Source of the DNA: Chara braunii
Lineage: Eukaryota; Plantae; Charophyceae
Assembly (NCBI GenBank): GCA_003427395.1
Contig: BFEA01000005.1
Location: forward strand, 6,929,495 to 6,993,494
Direction: 5' to 3'
Length of the DNA stretch: 64,000 nucleotides
Made by a program: the position numbers and the translations under genes. Under the pieces are notes generated by a model. The model was given only the letters and a program-made list of their open reading frames with translations, did not search any database and had not been told where the DNA came from. Below are positions 11,411 to 24,300 of this stretch, one piece after another (position 1 is the stretch's first letter; every line of letters begins with the position of its first letter).

Positions 11411-14400
11411 CAGGCATGTTTGTCTGTTGGTCACACATGTAGGCTTTGGTCTGTGCTTAGTTTGAGCTTTTGACCCCTGGAGCATAACTGTGACGAGAAC
11501 CATGGTCAGCACTCATGTGAGGCAGTTGCGGTCCTCGTCATGGCGACGTTGTCGTCTTGAGATGTGGACATGACTTCGGAATCTCTTCTTTTTGCCAAGC
11601 TGGGCATCCACCTTTTGGAATTTCTAATAGGGATGCAGCAGGATGTGCATCCCCAGAAAGTGCCCACAAATTTGCTACGCCATCAAATTGCAGCTTCCAA
11701 ATTGTACGCGTTATAAACTTGTCTTTCCTCCGTTTGGGCGATGCCAGCCGAGCAGCGTGGGTGTGCTGCTCCTGCAATCACATGATAGCCTGGAATCCCC
11801 TTCTGATGGGCAATCCGTCCGCGCCTTGAAAGGTACTTGGACACAGACAAGAGGAGGTAGTTGCTTCCTTTATTGAGAGAGATATAACATGGGTGCGACT
11901 CTGAAGGGGAGGGCGTGCATCGTAAATCAAATCAGATTCTGGCCAAGCTGTACAGGCACTTGAAACACTGTGGATTGTTGTCTGCAGCAGCAACAGTTAA
12001 GCCTGAAATCCCCTACCGACAGGGAACGACTCAATCTGGGCACACCTTAAAGGTTATTAGACACACGCAAGAGGAGGCGGTGCCGTCCTCTACCGAGAGA
12101 GAGAACATGGATGGGACTCCGAAGGGGAGGATGCGCATCATGACTCAGACTCTTGCCAAGCTGTGCAGGGCGTTTAAAACACTGGGGGTTGTCATCTGCA
12201 GCAGCAAGAGTTATGTTGGCAGTGAGGTCTAAATAATCGTGTTCAGGCAATAGGCTAGTAGGCGGGGAAATATGGCAACAGGCTGCTGCTAATCAGGAAA
12301 TGAGTGATGCTTTGTCATTCACAGTCACGTCTCCCACCCCTTACTTTGAATTTCTGTCGTAGACAAATAATTCATGAATAATTCACCACTGTCCTCCCCA
12401 TAACTCGTGAGTAACATGTCGATAAGTTGCCCGTAACTCATCAATTACTTGTCAGCTACTCGTCTGTAACTTGTCCTGCCTTGCAGTAACCAAGTTGGAC
12501 AATAATCGTGTCCAGTTCTTTTACGGGTAAGTTACTTAGCAGCAACTCACCCGGGTGAGTTGCTGACGGAGCTGGTCCCATAACACGATATGCAGGACCT
12601 GAGTTGGATATCAAACATGAGTTAACCTGACAACCTGGAGCGCTTGGAATTTCCTCCACGCGGGCTTGTCCAATATTTGCTCAGCCAACTGCATGCTGTT
12701 GGGCATCGAATGGTGCCCTTTGGTTTCTGCACACTGTGGGAAATGGAAGAGGCACGCAGTGTGTGCTGGATGTCATTGGAGGTTGTAATCGTACCTTTAT
12801 TCGCTGACGCGGTATGCATTTGCAGGATACCTTTCTTTCGTCTTTTTTGTTTGAGGTGAAGTCGCACACATCTCTTTTCACACAATGTGCAGATGTGGCA
12901 CCGCCGCTGAGTCTTTTTCGTTTTCAGAAGGCAGGCGGTTTTTGAAGAGGATCTGAGCTTTTCCGATACCCATGATCTCCTTTGCACCTTTGCCCATCTG
13001 GCTCGTATCACACGACAGCGCTTTCCTCGCTCGTTGCTTGACATTCAATTATGTTTGCTGAGTTGGCTGGTTACTGGCCTGAGGCGGTCAAGCTGGCAAT
13101 GTGTTGTCATCATCGCGCAGCTGGTAATGCAATGCTCGATGGAAAGTTGTGGGATTCCCAGCCAAGTTTTCGTCAAGCATGTAGCTAGCTGGCCAGGCCT
13201 GCGACTTTGTCGTCACACTGATTGGGGATTGCAAATTTCGGTGGTGCAAATGTGAGCTTGCAATGGTTGGGGGCCGGTTCTTCAATTGTTTTCACCGTTG
13301 TCGATTTGTTAGGCACTGTTCTTCACAAAATGGGGGGGTGCATTTGCCGCAAGGCTCTTCATCTTCCTCGATGCAAACGTCTTTTTCACTCGCGGCTGAT
13401 GTGACGTCGAAACTGTCTGTTTGATCTGTGCAGTGAAGGCGGAGCAGCGTTTGCTGATCTCGTGATGTACTGTTCGACGAACTTGGGCTGATCGTCCCCC
13501 ACCTATTCATCCGTGCGCCAGTTGTAATTAATTATCGCCGGACAGCTGCAGATGGGCTGTGAATGGGCCAGATTCTGCCACGATTCGGCCACATGTTGGT
13601 GATGATGGGGTGGAGAGGATGTAGCAGATCTCGAAGGAGTCTAGCGTTATCGAGCCAAAGGATCTTTTGGATTCCTTCCTCATCCTTCGATCAAATCATC
13701 ATTCTCGTGTCTTTTCTTTGCCCCATGGTAAAATTACCATCCTTCTCTTACCTTGTCTTCATCTCGCCGGAAAGTCGTGTAGCCGCAAATCTACTGCTGA
13801 GTTCGCTGGGTTCTTCTGTTGGGCCAACAACATATCGAGCATTGCAGATAATCTCTCCGTTCAGCCGTTCTCCCCCCTTCTCCGTGCCACTCTTTCCCGC
13901 CGTAAACCATGCAGGAAACTGAGACAGGCCTGTCCAAACGTTCAGCATTTCTTTCATACCAGTACAGGGCGTACACTCACATTACGACTTTTGTGACTGG
14001 ATTTGGCCGGCTCTCCGGCTGAATGCGTCATCCAGAAAAAGGTTTGTGCTGTGAGTGTGTTACCAGCCAGGATGGGCACCTCTTGACTTCTGATCGGGTT
14101 GAGATTTTCGGATCAACGCACATGTCTCGAGTTAGTTTTAGCCGATTGATTGACCTTCACAGTCTTTTGTTCTTTTTCTTCTTCTCTGATCTTCCCTGAA
14201 GGACACGGCCGATTGTGCTCAATGGGGACGACTTTGGTGTTGAGAAGGCGAAAAACGAGAGAAAACTGGAGAACGGATTCGAGTTTGATGAGCTACATCT
14301 GTATATCTATGCGGCGATTCGAGTGTCTTCCCTGCGACCGACCGTCTTCTTCTTGGTCTCAGAGTGTTGCATTCTGATGCAGCGAATGCGTCCACGTTTT

Positions 14401-14608
14401 TCAGGTAAGCTTATTCTTCGAGGTGCATGGCCAGCTTTTCTAGAGATGAGCTTTATCCGAACTTTTTGCAAGTGTCTTTTACAGATAACTGAGATAGGCC
14501 TCTTCCGAACGTTTTCTAGAGACAAAGCTTGTCCTAACTCTTTTCGAGAAAAAGTCCTAACTTGTTAGATCCGGAAAGCTTCCGGACCTCTAAATAGTAA
14601 ATATATAG

Positions 14609-14786
14609 GGCTGCTGCATGGGTGGCCCCAGGTGAAAAAAGCTGCATGCCAGGCAATCCACCCACACACATGATTTCCTCCACAGTTTTGTGATTTTGGC
14701 TGCTGCATGGGTGACCCCAGGTGAAAAAAGCTGCATGGCAGGCAATCCACCCACACACATGATTTCCTCCACAGTTTTGTGATTTT
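14609..14786. repeat. Tandem duplication, unit about 89 bp
   Basis: GGCTGCTGCATGGGTG...CCACAGTTTTGTGATTTT occurs twice. Confidence 0.9.
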
Positions 14787-15044
14787 TTTTCTTTTTTTCT
14801 TTTGGTGCCGATTTACCGTCAAGTTCTTAGGTTGCAGACGAAGAAAGTGGCGATGGAGTTTTTCAGATCGGTGCTTTTGGTTCGCGTTTGATTTAGCAGA
14901 TGCAGGCCGATTCGACATTAGGAGCGTGTTTCTGTCATGTCATATTATGTCAGGGAAGGGATTGGAAGTAATCCTTTGAGTAACATAGTTGTTGTTGGAT
15001 TCGATGGATTTGTTCGCACTATTTTTTTTTTTGGTTCTTAGAAT

Positions 15045-17405
15045 GGGCGTCGTTAGACACTCCTTACGAGTTCCTTGAGCTACAAGGAAATTTCCTTGCG
15101 GTTCAAATTTCCTTGTGGCTCTTAAGTGAAATTTGCGGCGTCGTTCCACGCATCCTTGGGGACCTCCCCCGAGGATGTTTCCTTGTGGCGTGCCCGCGGC
15201 CATTTTCATACGTAAATTTGTGGCCGCGGGGTCGGTCGTCCGTGGTCAACTATCTTTTGTCCGTGTGGAGGCGGCGTGGTCCAGCGACATGTGGCGGGAA
15301 CCGGCATCAGGTGGGCGCCAGGAAAAAAATTAACCCGGGGGGCCTCGACGTTTGCAATTCGAATTTTGAATGACGGCAGCGACGACGACGACGACGTGCG
15401 GCTGGTGGCGCGAAGACGACGTAGTGCTGAAACGGGCTCAGTGGCGGCGTCCCTTCCGTACACTGGCCGTTGTGACTGAGCAGGCATCGTCGGCTGCGTC
15501 CATCGCCGTCGACCTTCTTCCACGTCGACTGCGCCGTCAAACACATTTCGGTCGGCAGGACTGCATCCAAAGAAAAGGCGGAAGCTTTCGATGGACGTCT
15601 TCGGCTTCTTCGTTGGACACATACGGCAGCGGAGCGATGGATCCGTCTCCAGGTCGCGGATATGGAGGGCGACCGAGAGGGTGGACGTGCGTCGTTGACG
15701 CCACTCGAGCTGCAGGCCGTGGCGGTGGCCGTCTCGACCGTTGTTCTTCGATGTCAGAAGGAGAGGGCGCTTGGACGAGTGGAGCAGTTGCGCGCGCGTA
15801 GGAGGACATTGATGGAAGCTCCAGACAATGGCCCCGAGCACCCCTCTCGTTATTGTGTCCGTTCCAGCTTGACGCAAGGCCTGCCTGCACTCCGCCCACA
15901 GCTGCCTGCCGTGGCGTTCTACATGCACACCTGCCGCGGACGTGTCCTCCTGTCGCTGCCGTCCACGTGGAGTCCCGGATCCATTTTATGATGCAGGTGA
16001 TGATCGCATGCATTCCGGACGTTGATCCACGCCGCCTCCTCCTCTACCCTGCGTCGAGGACACATCTCGATTCTCACCGCCCTCGCTTTGTGATGCAGGT
16101 GATGATCACATACATTCCGGACGTTGATCCACGCCGCCTCCTCCTCTACAATGCGTCGAGGACACATCTCGATTCCCACCGCCCTCGCGAAGTGTTTGAG
16201 GTAGCCGTCTCACGGTCTGCAGGGACCAACCATCGTCTGCTTCGTGCAATCCCCATCTGGGTGGTGATTGATGATGCGAGCATGTGTCGCCGCTGCTCCG
16301 CTGCTGCTCGACAACTGGAAGCTCAGATCGACAGCTGCATTGCCATCGTCATCGCACAGCCCCTCGTTCAGCAGTGACGTGTAAGACCACGGGGTCTTCG
16401 CCCGCCTGCCACTGTAGGACTGCATCGCCGCCCAATCCTGCGTGGAACCACTTCCCAACGGCACAATCAGCGACCTGATGTCTACCCCCTTGTCATCCGA
16501 CGGCGGCAGAGGAATCTCATGCGAAGGCAGGTGAACATACAACGTGGGGTCGTACGCTTGCTTGCCCACAGACCTCGCAGTGCGTTGCCGATTGCTCGCT
16601 CCTGCTGTCGTGCCTGCCGGTCTGCCATTGGTCATTCGTCGGTCCATCCTGTCGCCGTTCTTGGAAGACCTCCTTTTGCAAGCCGCGACAGGGAGCTGGC
16701 CAACGAAACAGACGTGGAAGAAGACAACGATGACAAGCAGCACGGCAGTGAGTAGCAGAGGCAGCCTGTGCAGCAGGTCGGCCATGTAAGGGCCGTGGAA
16801 ATGGCAGCAACTCCACATCAGTGGTCGACCGTCCACCGAAGAACGCCGTTGAGAGAAGAAAAAATGAGGGAAGATCTGTGCTTGGACGTGCACGGCGTGA
16901 CAACAACCGACAAAAACGACGATCTTGCCAAAAAACACTGTTGTCGTCGAACAAAGCGTCAGCGCGGAAAAGCATTCAAATTTCCGACCATTGTCAACAA
17001 TCTCCCAGCGCAGCAGACCGCATGACACCGGCCGGCGGTGGCCGATTCGTCGGACGGAGGCGTCATGCAGACTGTGACCGTTTGGAGCCATTGGGGTGCT
17101 GCTCAGACGGTGGAGGGCAGGGATGTCCGTGCTCCCGCTGGGCGGACCACGTCTGGACCACCCTCAAACCGAAACTGTGCGTCGACGCATGCCTTCGCCG
17201 CTCCGAATATCGCGCTTCCTTGTGCTCCGAGGGACCTCAGGAGGTCCCTTGGGGATTACGAGAAATTGGCTGGAGCCACAAGGACATGACAAGGAAATTT
17301 CCTTCTGCTGTTTTCACTTCTTTTTTCGTAAATCGTCCCCGAGGATAGGTGGAACGAGCATGTCCTTGTGGATTTCGGGTCCCCAAGGAGTGTCTAACGA
17401 CGCCC
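15045..17405. mobile_element. Non-autonomous PIF/Harbinger-like TIR transposon
   Basis: Perfect 21-bp TIRs GGGCGTCGTTAGACACTCCTT; 3-bp TSD AAT on both sides (15042-44, 17406-08); subterminal AAGGAAATTTCCTT palindromes at both ends; internal ~102-bp duplication (15989-16190); no transposase recognised. Confidence 0.85.
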
Positions 17406-17772
17406 AATTTTGTACTCCTTTTCACCGCTTTGCGTTGAAATATATGCTGTGCTCCGTAAAGTGGTATGTCCATTGAGTTGCCGCTCTTCTGTCTTTCGTT
17501 TTTTATTCTTTTGTTTTGCACAAGTGCAACTAAACGCAGTAGGCAAATTTTGTGAACATGATGAAGCAAAACGTTGTTACCAACTTGTTTTTGGCTCAGT
17601 TTCCTATTTGCCCTTTTCCTTCTTTTTTTTTTTGGTTTTTTTTTTTTGGTTGCGGCGCACCAGTGCGCAGTGCGCTGTGCGCCATACGCAGTGTGGTGCA
17701 CAGTGCACAGTGCGTGCGCTGCGGGTGGTGCGCCAGGTGCACGAAAAAAAAAAAGAAAACATTTATTTGTGC

Positions 17773-17829
<57 letters not shown>

Positions 17830-18685
17830 TTGTTTTCACAATCTGCTTTGGCATTGTGGAGACATTGAGGACCGTCGCTTTCAGCAAGCAGGAGGGCTGC
17901 GTCATATATGGGAGAGGTGGGAGCAGACCACCAATATATGCTGTGGGTGGGAGTTCAGGTCTGTAGCTTGGGAGTTATGGGTCACCAATTCAGCTAGACC
18001 CTGTTCGTGTCTCCACGTGATTCTCAGGGCCTAGCTCCACCACTCACCAATTTGAATGAATCTTCTGCTAAAACATGGAACCATACAACGCCATATGGTA
18101 TGTCTTTTGTGCATGTGGTGAGTAGTGGCGAGAGGCCCCTTGGGCCACTACGTTTTTTTCTTTTTTTTTTTTAAATCATGGTCCTGGCTCCTTCTATTCT
18201 GGGGAGCGTCAGTCCGGTTCCTATTCCAACCGGCACAACAATTAAGACCCGATCACGCTTCCTTCCGTCTGGCCGAAGGACCCCTGAGCAGCATTGATTA
18301 CTCCGTCTTGACGGAGGATTGACTGTCAGCTTGCCATGACACCATCTCTCCTGTCAGACCTGGTGGCTAGGTCCGTCAGATAGTTTTATGTTCCTAGAAT
18401 CACTGTACGTATTCATAAGAAAACAAAAAGAAAAAAAACGAGAGCGCTACAGGCATCTTCATCCTAACCCATAACTGCCGACCTGCAGACCCGAATGCCA
18501 ATCTTCAGCATATATTGGTGGTCGGCCGGCTCCCCTCACCAAACATGTATTGTGAATTCTGTGAGCAGTGTGGTGCAAATTCGTCCACTGCTATGTGGGA
18601 TTTGCAGAAGGGAGGGGGAAGGCCAGTTACCACGCCCCGCCTGTAAATGAAAATTGGAATGATGAGGCTCAATGAGCCCTATTTT

Positions 18686-18814
18686 TTTATTTCTTTTTTT
18701 TAATTTTTATTTTATTTGGACCATTTCTCGATTTATGCGTGTCATCCTTGCGCAGGGGCCATGCTAATCTTCTTTCTGTGTATCGTTCCAATTTTAACGG
18801 ACGTCCCGAAGGAC
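18686..18814 (-). pseudogene. U6: U6 snRNA retrocopy with poly(A) tail and TSD
   Basis: 18814-18714 reads GTCCTTCGGGACGTCCGTTAAAATTGGAACGATAC...ATTAGCATGGCCCCTGCGCAAGGATGACACGCATAAATCGAGAAATGGTCCAAAT, then an A-rich tail. Flanked by AATGAGC(C/G)CTATTTT (18671-85, 18815-29). The ACAGAGA box is disrupted. Confidence 0.95.
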
Positions 18815-19699
18815 AATGAGCGCTATTTTCATGATTCGCGATTTTGAAATTTTGGGGGGAGGGGCCTATGGAACGCAAAATTCGGCAGCCCTTGCCCAGA
18901 AAGGGCCAGAAACAATATTTCGGGCCAAGGGCGCGGACAGTTTCCGAACTTGCGCAGCGAGTCGAACATTTGTGCTGGGGTGGGTGCCGTAGGAAATTAG
19001 GAAACCCGTACTTTTTTTTTTTTTTTGTGGGACCTTAATTTTCCGGGTGCGCGTGCGCGTGGTGGGCTGTGTGCAGTGCGCGGCGCGTGCGCAAATCAAC
19101 GCACCGAGGTGCGCGTTAACTATGATTTAATTATTTTAATCCTTTTCTTCTGCAGAAGAATTGTGAAAATAGTAATGTGGCAAGTCGTCAGCAACTGTGT
19201 ATTCTTTGTCGTCTTGTTTTTTTTTTTTTTTAGTATGGTTCGGTAGACCACGGATCAGATATTGAAATGATCAGAACGGACGCTAGATCTATTTTTAGCC
19301 CAAAAGACTTAGAAAGGTATTTTGTACCCTATTCCTGTTTTGTTCTTTCCTTCTTTTTTTTAAATCCTTTGTCCTGCAGAGGACAGTGCTGTAGCAGAAT
19401 TCTTAAAATGATGTGGCAAATGTCAGCATATGCTTCGTCTTCTTTTCCTTTTTGGCCCGGTGCAGTGTCATATAGGTCTTCTCCATGTTTGCCGGAAAAA
19501 AAAAACAAAAAACTGAGAACCGGAGGACATATCTGTGATTTGTCACTGGGGCCGTTTATGCTGGACAGGCTCATATCTAATGCTCTCTGTTCTTTTGAAG
19601 AGTTGGGATGGTGTGTGGGGGTGGCTGTGGGTGTGTGTGGAGACCAGAGAAAGGGATGGGATGACAAATGTTTGGTTGGGGGGGGGGGGGGGGGGGGGN

Positions 19700-20907
19700 A
19701 AGATTGAGAAGGCAATCTAATTCCTAACCAGACTTACCTTCGTGAGCAGATCCGTTATATGGTCTGCTCCGATACCAAAACTGTTGCATACTTCAACGAG
19801 TATGGGCAGAACCAAAGATCAACCAATGTAGGATGAGCATGTATGCAGCGGAAGTCTGATAAACGGACTGACTCACATAGACTGGCTCACATAGCATCAC
19901 TCCACACGCATACAATCGTGAGATGGTGGGGTCTGGGCCATTCATAGACGGTGCCCAGATCCCGTACACGCATTCACAGATGAAAGGTGGGAGGAGAGAC
20001 GAAGGAGGTGGGGAGGTAGACAACACCGATAGATAGAGTCTGATAGGTCTCCGATATGGTAGTCCAAAATGTCATACAACAAGATCCAAATGTCGAGGCC
20101 CATAGGTCACCAATGTCGGAGATACAGAGTCCAGATGTAACCGGTGTCCAACTGTGATGCAGCCGAGTATCAACCTCAACAATCTCCAAGTCTCCAATCA
20201 GGTAAGTACCACAGTCTCATATCACCGAAGTCCAACTCTGATCTCTGTCCAACTAGTATAAGTCTCTAGTCTGAAGAAGAAGAAGAAGAAGAAGAAGGAG
20301 GAGGAGGAGGAGAGAGAGAGCTGACGAGGGAGGGAGGAGAGGTCCTCCGCTCCCAGGTACCTCAGGCGGCAATGGCCGCCGTGCTGGCTCAGTCGCCCTG
20401 CTGCTGCTCCGCTTGCCGCTGCGCTAATGCTGCGCTGCCGCTGCTGCTCCTTGCTCGCTCAGTCGCCCTGCTGCTGCTCCGCTTGCCGCTGCGCTAATGC
20501 TGCGCTGCCGCTGCTGCTCCTTGCTCGCTCCTGCGCTAAACTTAGCGCATCAAAACAGTGCTCTGGCGCTGACCNTAACGCACCGGTAGAGTGCCGGTGG
20601 TTCGATGCCTCCAAGTGAGGCTGTACCGGTACTTATACCGGTGGGGCAGAGGCCGGCCTCAATGCTGCGAGGCCTGGCCATGCCCTGAACCGTCCAGATG
20701 GACGGTTCAGCCCCAACCGGCGGGCGGCAGCCTCAAGAGCGCCGCCAGGCCCAAACGATAATGCCGTTTGGGCCTGCCCGTCGGGTACTGGTCCAAGATC
20801 AGACCTTTAGGGCCTGTAATACCCCAAGGTCGGGCCTTTAGGCCCTGATGTGTCCTTCCGGCCCTAAGTCGGGTCCGGTAGGACCCGTGTGCGTCGAAGA
20901 TGTAACA
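19700..20907 (-). mobile_element. Second copy of the Gypsy LTR (19782-20907) with PBS and about 80 bp of leader
   Basis: Near-identical to 3952-5081; TG...CA termini; begins immediately after poly-G and a single N. Confidence 0.92.
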
Positions 20908-20943
20908 CTACTACTGCTACCTTTTACTTTATAGGGGATTCTG

Positions 20944-20991
20944 CAGACTGTTGAGGGTTCAGCCTCCTCCTGATGAGTCGGTGAAACTCTG
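20944..20991 (+). ncRNA. Type III hammerhead ribozyme-like motif, probably degenerate
   Basis: GUU triplet; stem I GAGGG/UCCUC; CUGAUGA; minimal stem II G-UCGG-U; GAAAC; stem III with a 2-nt bulge. Confidence 0.45.
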
Positions 20992-21084
20992 ACCAAACAG
21001 TTTGTCACAGCCCCTCGTTTGTTGTCCTCTTCTCCCTTTTCTCCCTCCCTCTCTGCCTCCGCTTTACCGTAGGCAGCTCTGTTT

Positions 21085-21134
<50 letters not shown>

Positions 21135-21547
21135 TATGTATGTATATATATATGTGGATGCATGAAGTTGTGTATCGTCGTTCTTTTTTGAAGCTTTTTT
21201 TCCCGATTCCGCTTCCCCTTGCAGACCTGTACAACGACAATTGCCACTTCGAAGACGTATGCTTCCAGAACTGCCCCTTGTAGCACCTGTACAATGACAA
21301 TTGCCACTTGGAAGACCTGTACTTTCAGAGTAGGACCTCTACTTTCAGAATTACCGCGTGGAAGACCTATACTTTCAGGCCTATTCTGTCCTTGACTTGG
21401 AAGACGTATAGATTCCTGGAACACTCGTAGTGAGTTTGATGGAACAGGCCTGCATGGCGAAGGCTCAAGCGCAAGACTTAGTACAAAAATAAGAAATCCT
21501 GCAACACACTCTTTGGTGATATGCGTCACTGTGATGAAAGAAAGGCA

Positions 21548-22139
21548 TTCAAAGAGCGGATACGACACACATGATGAACCGTAATCACCCAGCAACCGAA
21601 GGAGCCGACCGGTGATGGCTGTCCTTTTCTGGTTACACCTCGCATGCTTGGTATTTTGAGATGCTTTTGGGTGTTAAGGTGTGAAGGTGTTAAGTCTTAA
21701 TTTCTTCGCGTGTTGCTGTGAACGAGGGTCATCGCTGCCTGCTTTTTAGGGGTGGGGTATCGAGTTTCTCCCTCTGTCGTGCTCGCAGCCTATGAGGTGG
21801 CTGAAGGATGGTTGTGGGTGGGAGAGAGTACGCTATGTGACGGGTGATGACGATTGTATTTCTTTGTTTTCCTTATGTGTGAGGTGTCCATCGGAGGTGG
21901 TTCTATGACTCTAGCAGGGGGAGAAGTGGGTGGTTTAGACAAAGTTCTTCTTCCCCTGTGATCGACCTTCTCCCCTGTGATTGACGGTTCTCACCCCCCC
22001 TTTTTGCGCTCTCCCCAATTCGTTGAATGGGTAGGCGCGGCCTACATGACTGACCTCTACAACACCATGGACTTTTCAAAAAAAAAAAAAAAAAAAAAAA
22101 AAAAACAAGGAAAAAAAAAGAAAAAAAAAAAGAAAAAAA
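21548..22139 (+). mobile_element. Non-LTR retro-insertion (SINE or LINE 3' end) with long poly(A)
   Basis: Poly(A) 22078-22139; candidate TSD AAAGAAAGGCA (21537-47, 22140-50); 3' motif GACCTCTACAACACC shared with the element ending near 33270. Confidence 0.6.
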
Positions 22140-22777
22140 AAAGAAAGGCAGTTGGCTTCAAATTGTGTTTAGCAGTCTATTAGTTAGCAACGTGGTGGCT
22201 TGTTTCCATACAGTTCGAAGCGCTGTCAATCCCCTCGGGAGACGGCAATCAATGTTGCTCATCACAGTTTGTTTACTATTGGTTCCATCTCTGTATTTGG
22301 GAAGGCTGGACCTAGTCTCTTTTCAGACTTGTGATGCTCCCGAGTCCCAACCAATAGACTGGAGCCTCCTGTCAATCGCATAAACAGTTTCAGCCTTGTG
22401 ACTGTACTCCCCAGCCAGAGTGTTTAACACATTAGGTATGTCCCTCATGGAATAGGCAAACGAATATATCTCTGTATCTCTATGTATACCCTTATAAAGC
22501 GAAAAGTGATCCTCTCGTGAGGCTTTCCGCGGGTCCGCTATAATCTGCGGCGGGAGTGGGAGCCGGCTGGCTGAGTGGTGTTTGGGGACGAGCGCGATTG
22601 CGGAGTATTGGATGTTAGACTACAAGTACAGAGGAAGTCGGTTGCGTGCATGCCATTTTGCAAGTTTTTTGTTTCTTTTGTTTTCGGCAGCATCAACAAT
22701 ATAACCACATAGTAAGGCCTTGTCATTGCTGTACTGCTCAGTCTTCCGGCCCCACTACTCCCTGCATGGAGGAAAGG

Positions 22778-23745
22778 CGAAACGAGAATTGCCGTGTATC
22801 TTCGATTGTTCCAGTGGAAAGTTCATTCCCGTTTGCACATTCGGTGAGTAGTGGAGCGAAGCCCAGTGAGCGGGAGGAGCGGCGGGATGACGAGGAGGAC
22901 GGCGGGGAGGACAACAAACAGAATGAGTACAAGTGCCACAAAGACGATGAGTGGGAGGAGGTGATGCGAGGAAGAGTGGCAGGAGGAGCGCGATGAAGAT
23001 GGGGAAAACTAGTAGGAGGAGAATAGTGGCACGAAGACGATGAGTGGGAGGAGGTGGGCGAATGGGAGGAAGAGTGGCAGGAGCAGCGGCACAATGACGA
23101 GGGGGAACTTGGGTAGGAGGGGGAACTAGCCGCATGCAGGTCATCTATCTTCCCATGTTGTGGCAAAGATTCATTCTCGTGTGCAAGGAGGGCAGGACGA
23201 CGAACAGGAGGGAAACGAGTGGCGTGAGGAGATGCACGATGGGGAGGGGGAAGAGGGGTAGGGGGAGGAGGTGGATGGCTAATATGAGGAAGAGTCGCAG
23301 GAGGAGAAGCATGATGAGGAGGGGGAGGGGGAGGGGGAAGCCAACTAGGGGGAGGATGTGGAAGAATGGGAGGAAGAGTAGGCGGAACTAGCAGCATGGT
23401 GGAAATACAAAAGATATGGCTGCGCATCTTCCCGTGTTCCAGCTAGGATTCATTCTTGTGTGCAAGAGGAGGAAGACGATGAACAGGCGGAGAATGAGAG
23501 TGGCAAGAGGAGTGCAAGGCAGAGGGGGAAGGCGAGTGGGAGGATGCGGACTACAAACGAGAGGAAGAGTGGCAGGAAGAGGAGCGCGATGAGGAGGGGG
23601 GATAAGGAGGGGGAAGAGGAGTAGTAGGAGGAACTTGACAACTCGCCACATTTAGGAAGGACAAAAACTATGGCTGTGTATCGTGTCCCTGTTCCACCAG
23701 AAGATTCATTCTCATTTGGCAGATTTGGTGAGTAGTGGAGCGAAG
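22778..23745 (+). repeat. Purine-rich dispersed repeat with internal subrepeats; inverted copy at 30358-31112
   Basis: The reverse complement of 30358-31112 aligns with 22778-23560. Confidence 0.85.
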
Positions 23746-23916
23746 GCCGGAGAACACAGGAAGGCGGTCCTGCCAGGGGAAACCTCCGGTCCACCCCTCT
23801 CTGCCCCCCGTTGTGTTGTCTGTCTGTTGTCGTTATGGGTTATGTTGAGGGTGCAGGGTAATGTTGATCCCATAACTTGGATGTAACAGATTGTAGAGTA
23901 TTCTTTTTTTTTCTTT

Positions 23917-23950
<34 letters not shown>

Positions 23951-24228
23951 AACAAATGCTCCAGTCTATTCGTGGGGAGCAGCACGTGCTGGGAACCGGG
24001 CACAGCGTCCCATATCGAATTATACAGATCATTGAGAAAATTTGAGGTCTTTTGAGGACATTTGAGATACTGGGGCCATTACCCGGCTTCGGCTGAGAAC
24101 AACTGTGAAACAGAGTCCTACATCGCTCACTACTCTCAGGTTCCCTGGCAACACCGTCGTACTCCCTGCTGAGTCTTATTCGATGGTGTAAATGTAATCT
24201 TCTTCTGAATCGCTAGCCTTAGGGATGT

Positions 24229-24300
<72 letters not shown>

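Noticed and set aside
19678-19781. LTR plus PBS and 80 bp of leader as a novel minimal element
   Set aside because: The junction is poly-G plus a single N, and both copies of this segment carry ambiguous bases. A collapsed repeat or scaffold join is more likely.
4034-20907. The two matching LTRs as ends of one 17-kb element
   Set aside because: Both have a PBS on the same side, so both are 5' LTRs; no polypurine tract or shared TSD.
21134-21450. Possible host-gene exon on the minus strand (similar candidates at 7625-7807 and 28800-29500)
   Set aside because: Splice-like signals exist, but there is no recognisable domain or consistent gene model.
22738-23427. Pro/Ser-rich extensin-like CDS (also 30504-31241)
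   Set aside because: Low-complexity frame inside a dispersed repeat; the frame is not maintained between the two copies.
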